From a virus (lineage: Duplodnaviria; Caudoviricetes), in the IMG/VR virus record IMGVR_UViG_3300017448_000028, positions 1-46,508 of that record: 46,508 nt of DNA; one strand, 5' to 3'. Positions 1 to 7,887 of the stretch are shown one piece after another (positions within the stretch are counted from its first letter, which is position 1; each line of letters opens with the position of its first letter). The notes under the pieces were generated by a model that saw only the letters and a program-made list of their open reading frames with translations, was not told the DNA's origin and did no database searches. The position numbers were made by a program, and so were the translations under genes.

Positions 1-295
1 GGACGGCCAGGTGCGCGACCAGGTGCACGACCAGGTGGGCGGCCAGGTGTACGGCCAGGTGGGCGGCCAGGTGCGCGACCAGGTGCACGGCCAGGTGGAC
101 GGCCAGGTGGGCGGCCAGGTGCGCGGCCAGGTGGGCGGCCAGGTGGGCGGCCAGGTGCGCGACCAGGTGGGCGACCAGGTGGGCGGCCAGGTGCGCGACC
201 AGGTGGGCGGCCAGGTGGGCGGCCAGGTGGGCGGCCAGGTGGACGGCCAGGTGCACGGCCAGGTGCACGGCCAGGTGCACGGCCAGGTGGACGAC
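1..295 (+). repeat. 12-bp tandem repeat array CAGGTG-NRC-GRC encoding QV(G/H/R/D/Y)(G/D)
   Basis: Directly visible; about 24 units here, and the array continues at 46369-46508. Confidence 0.95.
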
Positions 296-970
296 CGAGA
301 ATTCAAAAATCGCCTCACCAACTGGTACCGCAGCCGCATCCTCGGCCAGCACTGGGCCGGCTACTACTCCTACTACGACGCCATGGAGCGCATCGGTGTC
401 GCCGGCATCGAGCCGATCCACGGCACGCAGCAGGTCGCCAAGTCAGCCGGCTGGTGGTGGTGCTTCCGCGACTTCGCGATCATCACCGACCGGCCTGCCG
501 AACTACACCGCGACCAGCTCGGGCGCCTCCACAGCGAGACGGGCATGGCGATCCGATACCGCGACGGGTGGGGCTTCTACGCCTGGCACGGCACCCGCGT
601 CCCGGCGTGGGTCGTGCACACCCCGACAGTGCAGCAGATCGCCGCTGAGACGAACGCCGAGACCCGCCGATGTGGGATTGAGTCGATGGGCTGGGAGCAG
701 TTCGTCACGGCGGCCGAGCTCTCCCCGGTGGATCGCTGCCCTGATCCCGGTAACGACGGGCACGAGATCGCGCTCTACGACGTCCCCGAAAAGCTGTGGG
801 GCGAGCGTGTCCGGGTTCTGCTGTGTACGAACGGCACGATCGAGCGCGACGGTACCCGGCGCCGGTTCGGCCTGACCGTTCCCGAGAACATCCAGTCCGC
901 GCTCGGCGCAGCGGCCTGGGGATACGGCCTGACCGAGCAGCAGTACGCGCTCGCTCAGGTGCGCCGGTAA
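1..970 (+). CDS. DUF6745-type protein, C-terminal part (gene wraps the contig junction; N-terminus at 46099-46508)
   Basis: QVxG/QVxD repeats followed by WWWCFRDFAIITDRPAELHRDQLGRLHSETGMAIRYRDGWGFYAWHG and LLCTNGT...RRFGLTVP, which resemble DUF6745 phage proteins (recognised from memory). Confidence 0.75.
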   Translation, partial: DGQVRDQVHDQVGGQVYGQVGGQVRDQVHGQVDGQVGGQVRGQVGGQVGGQVRDQVGDQVGGQVRDQVGGQVGGQVGGQVDGQVHGQVHGQVHGQVDDREFKNRLTNWYRSRILGQHWAGYYSYYDAMERIGVAGIEPIHGTQQVAKSAGWWWCFRDFAIITDRPAELHRDQLGRLHSETGMAIRYRDGWGFYAWHGTRVPAWVVHTPTVQQIAAETNAETRRCGIESMGWEQFVTAAELSPVDRCPDPGNDGHEIALYDVPEKLWGERVRVLLCTNGTIERDGTRRRFGLTVPENIQSALGAAAWGYGLTEQQYALAQVRR

Positions 971-1014
971 GCACCACCCGAATCCCATCCAACCAATCTG
1001 AAGGAGACACACCC

Positions 1015-1437
1015 GTGTCCCAGATCACCACCCTGGCCGATGCCGAGCGTACGTTCGGCGTCAGCCACCACGAGCACCTCGACCGGTCGGCCGAGCTCCC
1101 CATCGTCGACACTCTCGGTTTCCAGGGCGACGTCGCGATCATCCGCGACGACACTTCCCCGGCCGCGTCGACCCCGATTCCGGCTGCGGGCTACCCGGTT
1201 GTGAAGGGCGAGAACGGTGGCAACACGCATGCCCTGTTCGGCGCCGGCTTCTACAGCCCGTCCACGAACGCGGGGATCGACCCGTCGGATCTGGACCTCG
1301 GCGTCCTGACTGTTCCGGCCGGTCCGTCGGCGCTGCTCTCGCACCCCGAGCACGGGGGTCTGTTGGTGGCGCCGGGCACGTACGTGCTGCGTCGTCAGCG
1401 TGAGCAGGCGGACGTGCAGCGGTTCGTCCAGGACTAG
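1015..1437 (+). CDS. Small conserved partner of the DUF6745 gene (QGDV / GENGGNTH / HPEH / RRQRE motifs)
   Basis: RBS AAGGAG at 1001, GTG start, motif set typical of the small gene adjacent to DUF6745 genes. Confidence 0.7.
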   Translation: MSQITTLADAERTFGVSHHEHLDRSAELPIVDTLGFQGDVAIIRDDTSPAASTPIPAAGYPVVKGENGGNTHALFGAGFYSPSTNAGIDPSDLDLGVLTVPAGPSALLSHPEHGGLLVAPGTYVLRRQREQADVQRFVQD

Positions 1438-1495
1438 CCCGGTTCTCCCGGCATGCGCGGTGACGGAACCGCCGCGCATGCCGGGGCCTATCTGA

Positions 1496-1750
1496 ATGGA
1501 GGCGCTGGTGCGCCGACGTCGCAGGTCCCTGGCCGCCGAGAATGCCGCGTTGCGCGAGCAACTCCAACTACTCCAGACCAACGAGACCCGCCACCTCATC
1601 CAACTCGCCGCGCAACGCATCGCCATCGCCGACCTCGGCAGGCAGCTACACGGCACGCAAGCCGGCCCGCTCGGCGACACCGTGCCCATGCGGGTCCGCA
1701 GCCACGCACCGGCATCGGAATGGCCACCGGAAGCATGGCGACCGCGGTGA
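1496..1750 (+). CDS. Hypothetical coiled-coil protein
   Basis: Helical heptad-like sequence; stop overlaps the next GTG (GTGA). Confidence 0.55.
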   Translation: MEALVRRRRRSLAAENAALREQLQLLQTNETRHLIQLAAQRIAIADLGRQLHGTQAGPLGDTVPMRVRSHAPASEWPPEAWRPR

Positions 1751-2979
1751 CCCGGGTGCTCGCGCTCTGCTCCGGCTACGGCGCCCTGGAGATCGCCGCC
1801 GAGAGACTCTTCGGCGCCGACGTCGTCGCACACGCCGAGAACGACCCCCACGCCGCCCAGGTCTTCGAGGCCCACCATCCGGGCGTCCCGAACATCGGCG
1901 ACATCACCAAGGCCGACTGGCGCAAAGTCCGGGACTACTTCGAGCCCGAGATCCTCGCCGCCGGCTTCCCCTGCACCGACATCAGCAACGCCGGACTAAG
2001 GATCGGAATCCATGGCAAGCGCTCCGGAATCTGGAAGAACGTCGCTGAGGCTGTTCGCGTCACTCGACCGCGCCTCGTCCTGCTGGAGAACGTGGCGGCG
2101 ATCCGCTCCCGCGGGCTGGACGTCGTCGCCGCGGACCTGGCCGCGATCGGGTATGACGCAAGGTGGACATGCGTACGAGCTGGCGACCCCGAAATCGGCG
2201 CGCCGCACCAAAGGGACCGATGGTTCTGCGTCGCGTATCCCGCTGCTGAAGACCCCGACCTCTCAGCTTGGCGTGAACGGCGGCCAGCAGCCGCCGGCGA
2301 AGCGGAAGGCCAGGGGGCACGGGCCGACGCTGGAGGACGAGGTGGTCTTCCTGCTGCCGCCGAAGGGCTGAGCCCGCTCCCGACGCCCACCGCCAGCAAC
2401 CCGAACGACACGGAGTCGCTCGAGTCGTGGGAGGCGCGCCGCCAGCGCAACCTAGCTAAGGGGATCAACGGCAACGGCCAGGGCAAGCCACTTGGCATCG
2501 CCGTTCGGCAATTGCTCCCGACGCCTGCAGTCCGGGACTGGAAGTCGGGCGCGTCGAACCTGATGGAGACGAACTCCCGCCCGCTCAACGAGTTCGTCGT
2601 CAACCTGCTGTCCACCCCGAAAGCCTCCGACGGTCCGCACGGAGGTCCGAACCAGCGCGACGCCGCCGGAAACTACTACCTCCCGGCCCAGGCGGACCGC
2701 CTGGGCCGGGACTGGGTGGCCACTGACGGAACCGACTACGGGCCCGCGATCCGCCGCTGGGAGGCGGTTACCGGTCGCCTGGCACCGTTTCCCACCGAGC
2801 CCGGCATGCGCGGCAATCGCCGGCTGAATCCGGCATTCGCCGAGTGGATGATGGGCCTCCCTTCGGGCCACGTCACGGGCCGCGGCATTCAGCGCAAGTA
2901 CGAGCTCCAGATGATCGGCAACGGCGTGGTGCCGCAGCAGGCCGAGTACGCGTACCGGCTGCTGCTGGCCGGCTTGTGA
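1747..2979 (+). CDS. DNA (cytosine-5)-methyltransferase
   Basis: Motif I LCSGYG, IV GFPC, VI ENV, VIII QRDRWF, LPTP-type repeats, IX RLNPAFAEWMMGLP, X GNGVVP; start by GTGA coupling (ATG 1735 also possible). Confidence 0.92.
   Translation: MTRVLALCSGYGALEIAAERLFGADVVAHAENDPHAAQVFEAHHPGVPNIGDITKADWRKVRDYFEPEILAAGFPCTDISNAGLRIGIHGKRSGIWKNVAEAVRVTRPRLVLLENVAAIRSRGLDVVAADLAAIGYDARWTCVRAGDPEIGAPHQRDRWFCVAYPAAEDPDLSAWRERRPAAAGEAEGQGARADAGGRGGLPAAAEGLSPLPTPTASNPNDTESLESWEARRQRNLAKGINGNGQGKPLGIAVRQLLPTPAVRDWKSGASNLMETNSRPLNEFVVNLLSTPKASDGPHGGPNQRDAAGNYYLPAQADRLGRDWVATDGTDYGPAIRRWEAVTGRLAPFPTEPGMRGNRRLNPAFAEWMMGLPSGHVTGRGIQRKYELQMIGNGVVPQQAEYAYRLLLAGL
2012..2371 (+). other. Overlapping +1-frame ORF resembling the start of a split-methyltransferase second polypeptide
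   Basis: TWPRSGMTQGGHAYEL...LLKTPTSQLGVNGGQQPPAKRKARGHGPTLEDEV resembles the L(L/P)TP repeat units in the main frame downstream. Confidence 0.55.
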
Positions 2980-3009
2980 CCACCGAACGACGACGAACGG
3001 GAGCATGAC

Positions 3010-4137
3010 GTGGCACGCGCATTCGGCCGCATCCTCAGCACGATCTGGGATGACCAGGACTTCCTCGACCTCGACCCGGAGGCCCAGCGGCTCTACATGT
3101 TCCTGGTCTCCCAGCCCAACCTGAACCACGCCGGCCTACTCCCGCTCACGATCCGCCGGTGGGCCTCGAGGGCCAGGAAGCTCACCGCGAAGCAGGTCCG
3201 CCAGTCCCTCACGGACCTCGACGCGGCGGGGTTCCTGGTGGTCGATGAGGATACGGAGGAGGTGTTGGTGCGGTCGTTCGTGCGCCGGGATGAGGTGTAC
3301 AAGCAGCCGCGGGTGATGGGTGCGGCGGTGTCCGGGGCGATGGAGATCTCCTCACGCCGACTCCGACGCTCGCTGCTGGCCGAGATGTATCGGCTGCCGC
3401 TCGACGAACTGTCCGACGAGCCGACGAAGCTGCGGAACGGCACAGAGGCGCCGTCGATTAAAGCGCAGGTCGAGGGCCATATCGGCGAGTTGATGAGGGC
3501 CTTCTCGGAGCCCTCGGGACCCCCTTTCGGAGGGGGATCGCCAACCCCCTCCGCACCCCCTTCCGGATCCCCTTCGCCAGGGGTATCCGAGGGACTTCCG
3601 GAAGGGGGTGCGGAGGGGGACTGGGGTACGCGGGCGCCTGCGCGCGGTCCCTTTCCCCTGTCCCTATCCCCTGTCCCCTACCCCAATACATCTTCTCGTC
3701 CCGAATCCGAGCCGGACGCCGAACCGGCCGAAGCGCGGGCCAAGCCAGACCGGAATGCCGAGCGCCCCGACGTCGATGCGCTTTGCAACCGCCTCGTCGA
3801 ACTGATGATCGCCAACGAGTGCAAGCCGCCCGAGATCAAAAAAGCGTGGCGCGACGCCGCCCGGCTCCTGCTCGACGCCGACGGTCGCGAGTACGCCAAG
3901 GCGATGGCGCTCCTGGACTGGTGCCAGAAGCACCACTTCTGGCGCACGAACATCCTCTCGATGCCGACCTTCCGCCGCCAGTACGAGCAGATGCGACTCC
4001 AGGCCCTCGCCGAATGGGAGCGCGGCCAAGGCGCCACGGTGCTGCCGTTCCGCGGCCGCCCGGCCGACGAGCTCGGCGGAGACGCCCACATGGAGCGATA
4101 CCTGGCCCGCGTGGCGTCCCGAAAGGCGGAAGCATGA
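3010..4137 (+). CDS. Phage replication initiator (N-terminal winged-HTH, Pro/Ser/Gly linker, C-terminal domain)
   Basis: IWDDQDFLDLDPEAQRLYMFL N-terminus and FWRTNILSMPTFRRQY C-terminus typical of actinophage initiators; low-complexity linker. Confidence 0.8.
   Translation: MARAFGRILSTIWDDQDFLDLDPEAQRLYMFLVSQPNLNHAGLLPLTIRRWASRARKLTAKQVRQSLTDLDAAGFLVVDEDTEEVLVRSFVRRDEVYKQPRVMGAAVSGAMEISSRRLRRSLLAEMYRLPLDELSDEPTKLRNGTEAPSIKAQVEGHIGELMRAFSEPSGPPFGGGSPTPSAPPSGSPSPGVSEGLPEGGAEGDWGTRAPARGPFPLSLSPVPYPNTSSRPESEPDAEPAEARAKPDRNAERPDVDALCNRLVELMIANECKPPEIKKAWRDAARLLLDADGREYAKAMALLDWCQKHHFWRTNILSMPTFRRQYEQMRLQALAEWERGQGATVLPFRGRPADELGGDAHMERYLARVASRKAEA
3545..3619. repeat. Perfect 23-bp inverted repeat inside the initiator gene; putative replication origin
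   Basis: CCCCCTCCGCACCCCCTTCCGGA (3545-3567) and its exact reverse complement (3597-3619), with further CCCCT(T/C)CG-like copies nearby. Confidence 0.65.
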
Positions 4138-4628
4138 ACGAGCTCGAGACCGCGCTCCTGGTGCGCACCGTCCGCGCCACCTGCCCCGCGCAGAAGATCG
4201 ACGAATACACCCCCGACGCCTGGTACCGGATCTTCGCCAGACAGCCCGTCCAGTTCAGCCTCGCGGAAGGCGAGGACGCCGTCGCCGCCCTCGGCGCGAC
4301 GATGGCCTTCATCGCGCCGTCGGACATCGTCCAGCACGTCGGCAAAGCTCGAACCGGCCGTGTGCAGCGCGCCCCGATGCCGTGCCCCAACGACAACCCG
4401 GGCGTCTCCGAGGGGGACGAGATCCGCGCCATCCAGCGCGCCATGGCCGAAGGGCGCATCACCAACCTCGCCGAGGCCTACGCCTACGAGCGCTGGGGGG
4501 GCTCGATGCACCTGGCCTACCAGCGCCAGGAGCTGCCCGCACTCGAAGGCCCAGAACCCGCCGGCGACCCGGATCGTGTCCGCAAGGCGATAGCCCCCGC
4601 ATTCGGCCGGGTGCCCCGTGCTCAGTGA
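4134..4628 (+). CDS. Putative helicase loader / replication accessory protein
   Basis: ATGA coupling to initiator; CPAQKIDEYTPDAW...FIAPSDI; position after the initiator. Confidence 0.55.
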   Translation: MNELETALLVRTVRATCPAQKIDEYTPDAWYRIFARQPVQFSLAEGEDAVAALGATMAFIAPSDIVQHVGKARTGRVQRAPMPCPNDNPGVSEGDEIRAIQRAMAEGRITNLAEAYAYERWGGSMHLAYQRQELPALEGPEPAGDPDRVRKAIAPAFGRVPRAQ

Positions 4629-4962
4629 ACGCGAACTCGTGCTCGCCCAACCCGACCTCGCCGCGCAGCTCACCCGGCCGCCGCTCGGCTTCAAACAGCC
4701 CGAACAGTGGAACGGCTACATCCCGCCATACATGACCCCGGCCGAGAAAGGCCACATCCGCAACGACTCGCCGCAGCGCGTCCACCTCGTCGCGATCGTC
4801 CGCACCGCGATGGCCCGGCAGTACGGCGAAAAGGTGGCCCGCGAATGGCTCACCAAGATCAACGCCAATCAGTGGCCGCACGACGGCTGGTCGCCGCACG
4901 ACGCCATCCGCATCGCAGCAGCACGCGCGGACCGCGACGTCCCCGCCTACGAAAGGAACTGA
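4618..4962 (+). CDS. Hypothetical protein
   Basis: Overlapping operon arrangement, GC3-rich codons. Confidence 0.6.
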   Translation: MLSERELVLAQPDLAAQLTRPPLGFKQPEQWNGYIPPYMTPAEKGHIRNDSPQRVHLVAIVRTAMARQYGEKVAREWLTKINANQWPHDGWSPHDAIRIAAARADRDVPAYERN

Positions 4963-4964
4963 TC

Positions 4965-5261
4965 ATGCACGAGATCCGCGCCATCCCGATCCCCGGCGAC
5001 GTCGCCCTGTTCGACGCACCCGACCCGCCGGCGCCGACGCCCGGACGCAAGATGCCGATCGCCCCCCCCGCCGACTACCTCGCCGCCGTCGAGCGCACGG
5101 ACGGCCAGTGCGAGCACGTCAAGGTCCCCAAGCGCGGCAACGCCAAGCCCGAACGCTGCGCGCGGACCCTGCGCGGCGGCCACCGGCTCTACCTCGGCGA
5201 GAACGGGAAGCTCTGCTGCCAGCAGCACTACGACGAGGCACGGAAGGTGCGTAGGCCGTGA
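4965..5261 (+). CDS. Hypothetical Cys/His-containing protein (possible zinc finger)
   Basis: RBS GAAAGGA; GQCEH...ERCAR...LCCQQH. Confidence 0.6.
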   Translation: MHEIRAIPIPGDVALFDAPDPPAPTPGRKMPIAPPADYLAAVERTDGQCEHVKVPKRGNAKPERCARTLRGGHRLYLGENGKLCCQQHYDEARKVRRP

Positions 5262-5926
5262 CCCGTCTCGCATCCCGCCACCTGCCCGCCACCCGCGGCG
5301 ACGACTGGCGCGAACAAGCCGCCTGCCGCGCGATCCCCAACCCGAACACGTTCTTCCCCCACTCCGGCGAATCCGTCTACGCCAAATCCATCTGCCACGC
5401 CTGCCCCGTCGAAACCACCTGCCTCAACTGGGCGCTCACCCAAGGCCCCTACCTGAAGGGAATCTTCGGCGGCACCAGCGAAAACGGCCGACGCCAGATC
5501 CACCGCGAACGCGGCACCATCTCCGACAACCCCGGCTACCCCACAACCACCCGCAGCAACGCCGTCGCCCTCTGGACCCAACACCGCGCCTCCTACGCCA
5601 ACGACACCTCCGCGGCCCGGGCCATCGCGAAATTGCTCGGCATCGACTCCGGCAGCACCGTCCTGACCTGGATGCGCACCGCAGGAGTCGCCAGCCCACT
5701 CAAAACCCGGCAGCGCACGGCGGCCGAGCGCACCGCGGCCATCGCCGACTACGAGCGCGTCCGCGGCGACTACCGCACCGAGACCGCGGCCCGAGACGCC
5801 GTCGCCCTGCTGCACGGCGTCGCATCCTCGGCGCTGCGCGGATGGCTCACCGAAGCCGGCGTCATCAAGCCAAAGCCACGCCAGCCCCGCAACGACCAGA
5901 GGCGAAAGCCCGCAGAGCCCGCGTAA
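5258..5926 (+). CDS. whiB: WhiB-family transcription factor with C-terminal tandem HTH-like extension
   Basis: DWREQAAC...FFP...AKSICHACPVETTC...GIFGG: four Cys and G(I/V)xGG turn. Confidence 0.9.
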   Translation: MTRLASRHLPATRGDDWREQAACRAIPNPNTFFPHSGESVYAKSICHACPVETTCLNWALTQGPYLKGIFGGTSENGRRQIHRERGTISDNPGYPTTTRSNAVALWTQHRASYANDTSAARAIAKLLGIDSGSTVLTWMRTAGVASPLKTRQRTAAERTAAIADYERVRGDYRTETAARDAVALLHGVASSALRGWLTEAGVIKPKPRQPRNDQRRKPAEPA

Positions 5927-5959
5927 GCGCCCCGCACGACCCCCGGAAGGAAAAGACCC

Positions 5960-6181
5960 ATGGAAGCACCCCCCAGCCCACTGGCGCCCCCAACGCCGCC
6001 CGACACGACCCCCGAAACCCCCAAACGCTCGCGCCGACACCAACCCAACCCCCAAGAACAAGCCCTCGCCGACAAACTCGCCTGCACCGCAATCACCCTC
6101 CGCGACGCAGCCGACGACAACGGACTCTCCATCCGCGAAGCCATCGAACTCGCCGCCATCCAAATCGGAGGCGCACGGTGA
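5960..6181 (+). CDS. Hypothetical protein
   Basis: RBS GGAAGG, GTGA coupling to the next gene. Confidence 0.55.
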   Translation: MEAPPSPLAPPTPPDTTPETPKRSRRHQPNPQEQALADKLACTAITLRDAADDNGLSIREAIELAAIQIGGAR

Positions 6182-6768
6182 GACCACCCGAAGTTGTCCT
6201 CGAAGAACTCGCCATCCTCGTCAGCGCCGAATGCAAACGACGCGGACTCTCCCGCCGCGCGGCAGGCCGCGAACTCGGCGTCGGAGCATCCACCATCCAT
6301 CGCGTCATCAGCGGCGACGGCATGGACGTCAAAACCTTCCTCACGCTGATCCAATGGCTCGGCATCGGACCCGACTGGTTCGCCACCACCGCAGTGCCCG
6401 ACGCCTACCATCGCGGCTGGAACGACTGCTCGGCCGCCATCCACCACGCCATCGGCGCCGTCCCGAATGTGACGTGCACCTCAGCATCAACCCACTCCCC
6501 GACTGGCTCACCGCCGACCAGACCGGAGGATCGACCGATGACTGAGCCGACCCAGCCCCCCCAACTCATCCTCACCCTCGTCGATGACACCTTCCAGCAG
6601 CCAGCCCGCATCCAAGCCCACTGCCACGGCCACGACCCGAAGCAGCTTCTCGGCCAGTGGGATGCACCCGACGACGAAGCCTCCGAAGCCGGCTATGTGG
6701 CCGCACTCCAGGCGGCGGCGGAGCGGCACCTGCGTGAAGCCCATCCCGAGGTGAGCACCGATGTCTAG
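6178..6768 (+). CDS. XRE-family HTH protein; the distal part (6538-6768) probably also starts separately
   Basis: RRGLSRRAAGRELGVGASTIHRV HTH; internal RBS GGAGG and in-frame ATG at 6538. Confidence 0.7.
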   Translation: MRPPEVVLEELAILVSAECKRRGLSRRAAGRELGVGASTIHRVISGDGMDVKTFLTLIQWLGIGPDWFATTAVPDAYHRGWNDCSAAIHHAIGAVPNVTCTSASTHSPTGSPPTRPEDRPMTEPTQPPQLILTLVDDTFQQPARIQAHCHGHDPKQLLGQWDAPDDEASEAGYVAALQAAAERHLREAHPEVSTDV

Positions 6769-6919
6769 TCCGGTGGGTGGGATCGATGCGATTCCGCATC
6801 CGGCGAATGGTCGTCGGTGCGTGTGTGGGCAGCCGGTTTATCTGACTCCGTTCGGTTGGCGTGATCGGTTCACGAGCGGTTGTCATCCGGAGCCGTTGCA
6901 GGTCAGGTGTTGGTTGTGA
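6761..6919 (+). CDS. Small Cys-containing hypothetical protein (52 aa, not in ORF track)
   Basis: GAGGTG RBS, ATG overlapping the previous gene end, MSSPVGGIDAIPHPANGRRCVCGQPVYLTPFGW... Confidence 0.45.
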   Translation: MSSPVGGIDAIPHPANGRRCVCGQPVYLTPFGWRDRFTSGCHPEPLQVRCWL

Positions 6920-7004
6920 TGTCCGTGGCAACGATTGCGGACAACTGGCGTAAACCCGCCATTGGCGGGATGCCGCCACTCCCTTTCGACGACAGGAGCC
7001 TGAC

Positions 7005-7340
7005 GTGAACGGTTCGCCCTCGCCAGCCGCGATGCCCGGCGCACGACCACCCGCACCCCAGACCATCGCCATCCCCGGACCACTCGGCCCGATCCACGTC
7101 AACCTCCCGGACGCCGAGCCGTTCATCGGCCAGCCGCAAGCCACCACACCACCCACCGCGCCGCGCACCACCGGCCCGCTCTACGGCCTCCAATTCCTCC
7201 GCAAGGAAGCCGTCCGACTCGCCATCGACTCCTACCGCGACACCGACCGGCCCACCGACGAGCAGTTGCTCGCCACCGCCGACGTGCTGGCCGAGTTCAT
7301 TCGCGGCGGACACCTCCCCGACAACCCGAAGAAGGACTGA
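7005..7340 (+). CDS. Hypothetical protein
   Basis: RBS AGGAG, GTG start. Confidence 0.6.
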   Translation: MNGSPSPAAMPGARPPAPQTIAIPGPLGPIHVNLPDAEPFIGQPQATTPPTAPRTTGPLYGLQFLRKEAVRLAIDSYRDTDRPTDEQLLATADVLAEFIRGGHLPDNPKKD

Positions 7341-7341
7341 C

Positions 7342-7887
7342 GTGAGCATCACCGAGATAGACACCGACGCCTTCCACCTGCGCCCCTTCATCCGCGAGAT
7401 CCTCGAGCACGCCAGCGAAGCCGACCCGCGAAGCATCGCCAACATCGCCATCGAGAAGATCGCCGACGAAGACCTTCGGAGCGCACTCGGCGCCGCACTC
7501 CCGGACTACGTGCGCCTCGTCATCTCCACCGAACGCATGCGCGTCCTGCGCCCCGCACCCGACGTCCACGGAGCCGCCGAACTCGCCGGCCAGCCACGCG
7601 GAACCGGCCACCGCTCCTGGAAGGTCCGCGGACTCCAGGACTACGGGGAAGCCCTGCGCCAGCGCATCCACATCGGCCTGAAGCCGCAGGACTGGAAGCC
7701 TCTCGGAGACTGCGACGCCGCCGATCTGCGCGCGGCAGCGGACGAACGTCTCGTCGCCGCCGCACGCACGCAGGCGACCGCCGCCTACTACGCCGATCTG
7801 GCCGAACTGCTGACGCGGCACGCCGTGGCCAAGGTGCGGGAGCTGCCCGCGAACGTCCTCGCCGAGACCTTCGGGGGACAGGCGTGA
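7342..7887 (+). CDS. Hypothetical helical protein translationally coupled to the Nop/Tas-like gene
   Basis: RBS AAGGA, GC3 bias, GTGA overlap with 7884. Confidence 0.75.
   Translation: MSITEIDTDAFHLRPFIREILEHASEADPRSIANIAIEKIADEDLRSALGAALPDYVRLVISTERMRVLRPAPDVHGAAELAGQPRGTGHRSWKVRGLQDYGEALRQRIHIGLKPQDWKPLGDCDAADLRAAADERLVAAARTQATAAYYADLAELLTRHAVAKVRELPANVLAETFGGQA

Noticed and set aside
1-295. CRISPR array or DGR variable repeat
   Set aside because: 12-bp in-frame coding tandem repeat without unique spacers; no cas gene or reverse transcriptase in the window
2845-2853. Self-target of guide unit 2 (TGGATGATG in the methyltransferase gene)
   Set aside because: Only spacer A matches fully; the flank matches spacer B only partly (GCCGAG), and a single 9-mer hit is expected by chance in 46 kb
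5260-6920. C/A-rich versus G/T-rich strand-skew patches as a functional signal
   Set aside because: Such patches occur in several places, follow synonymous codon choice, and show no discrete structure
7566-7600. Additional guide unit in the upstream gene (CCA-CGGAGCCGC-CGA)
   Set aside because: No second CCA at the right spacing and no enclosing stem
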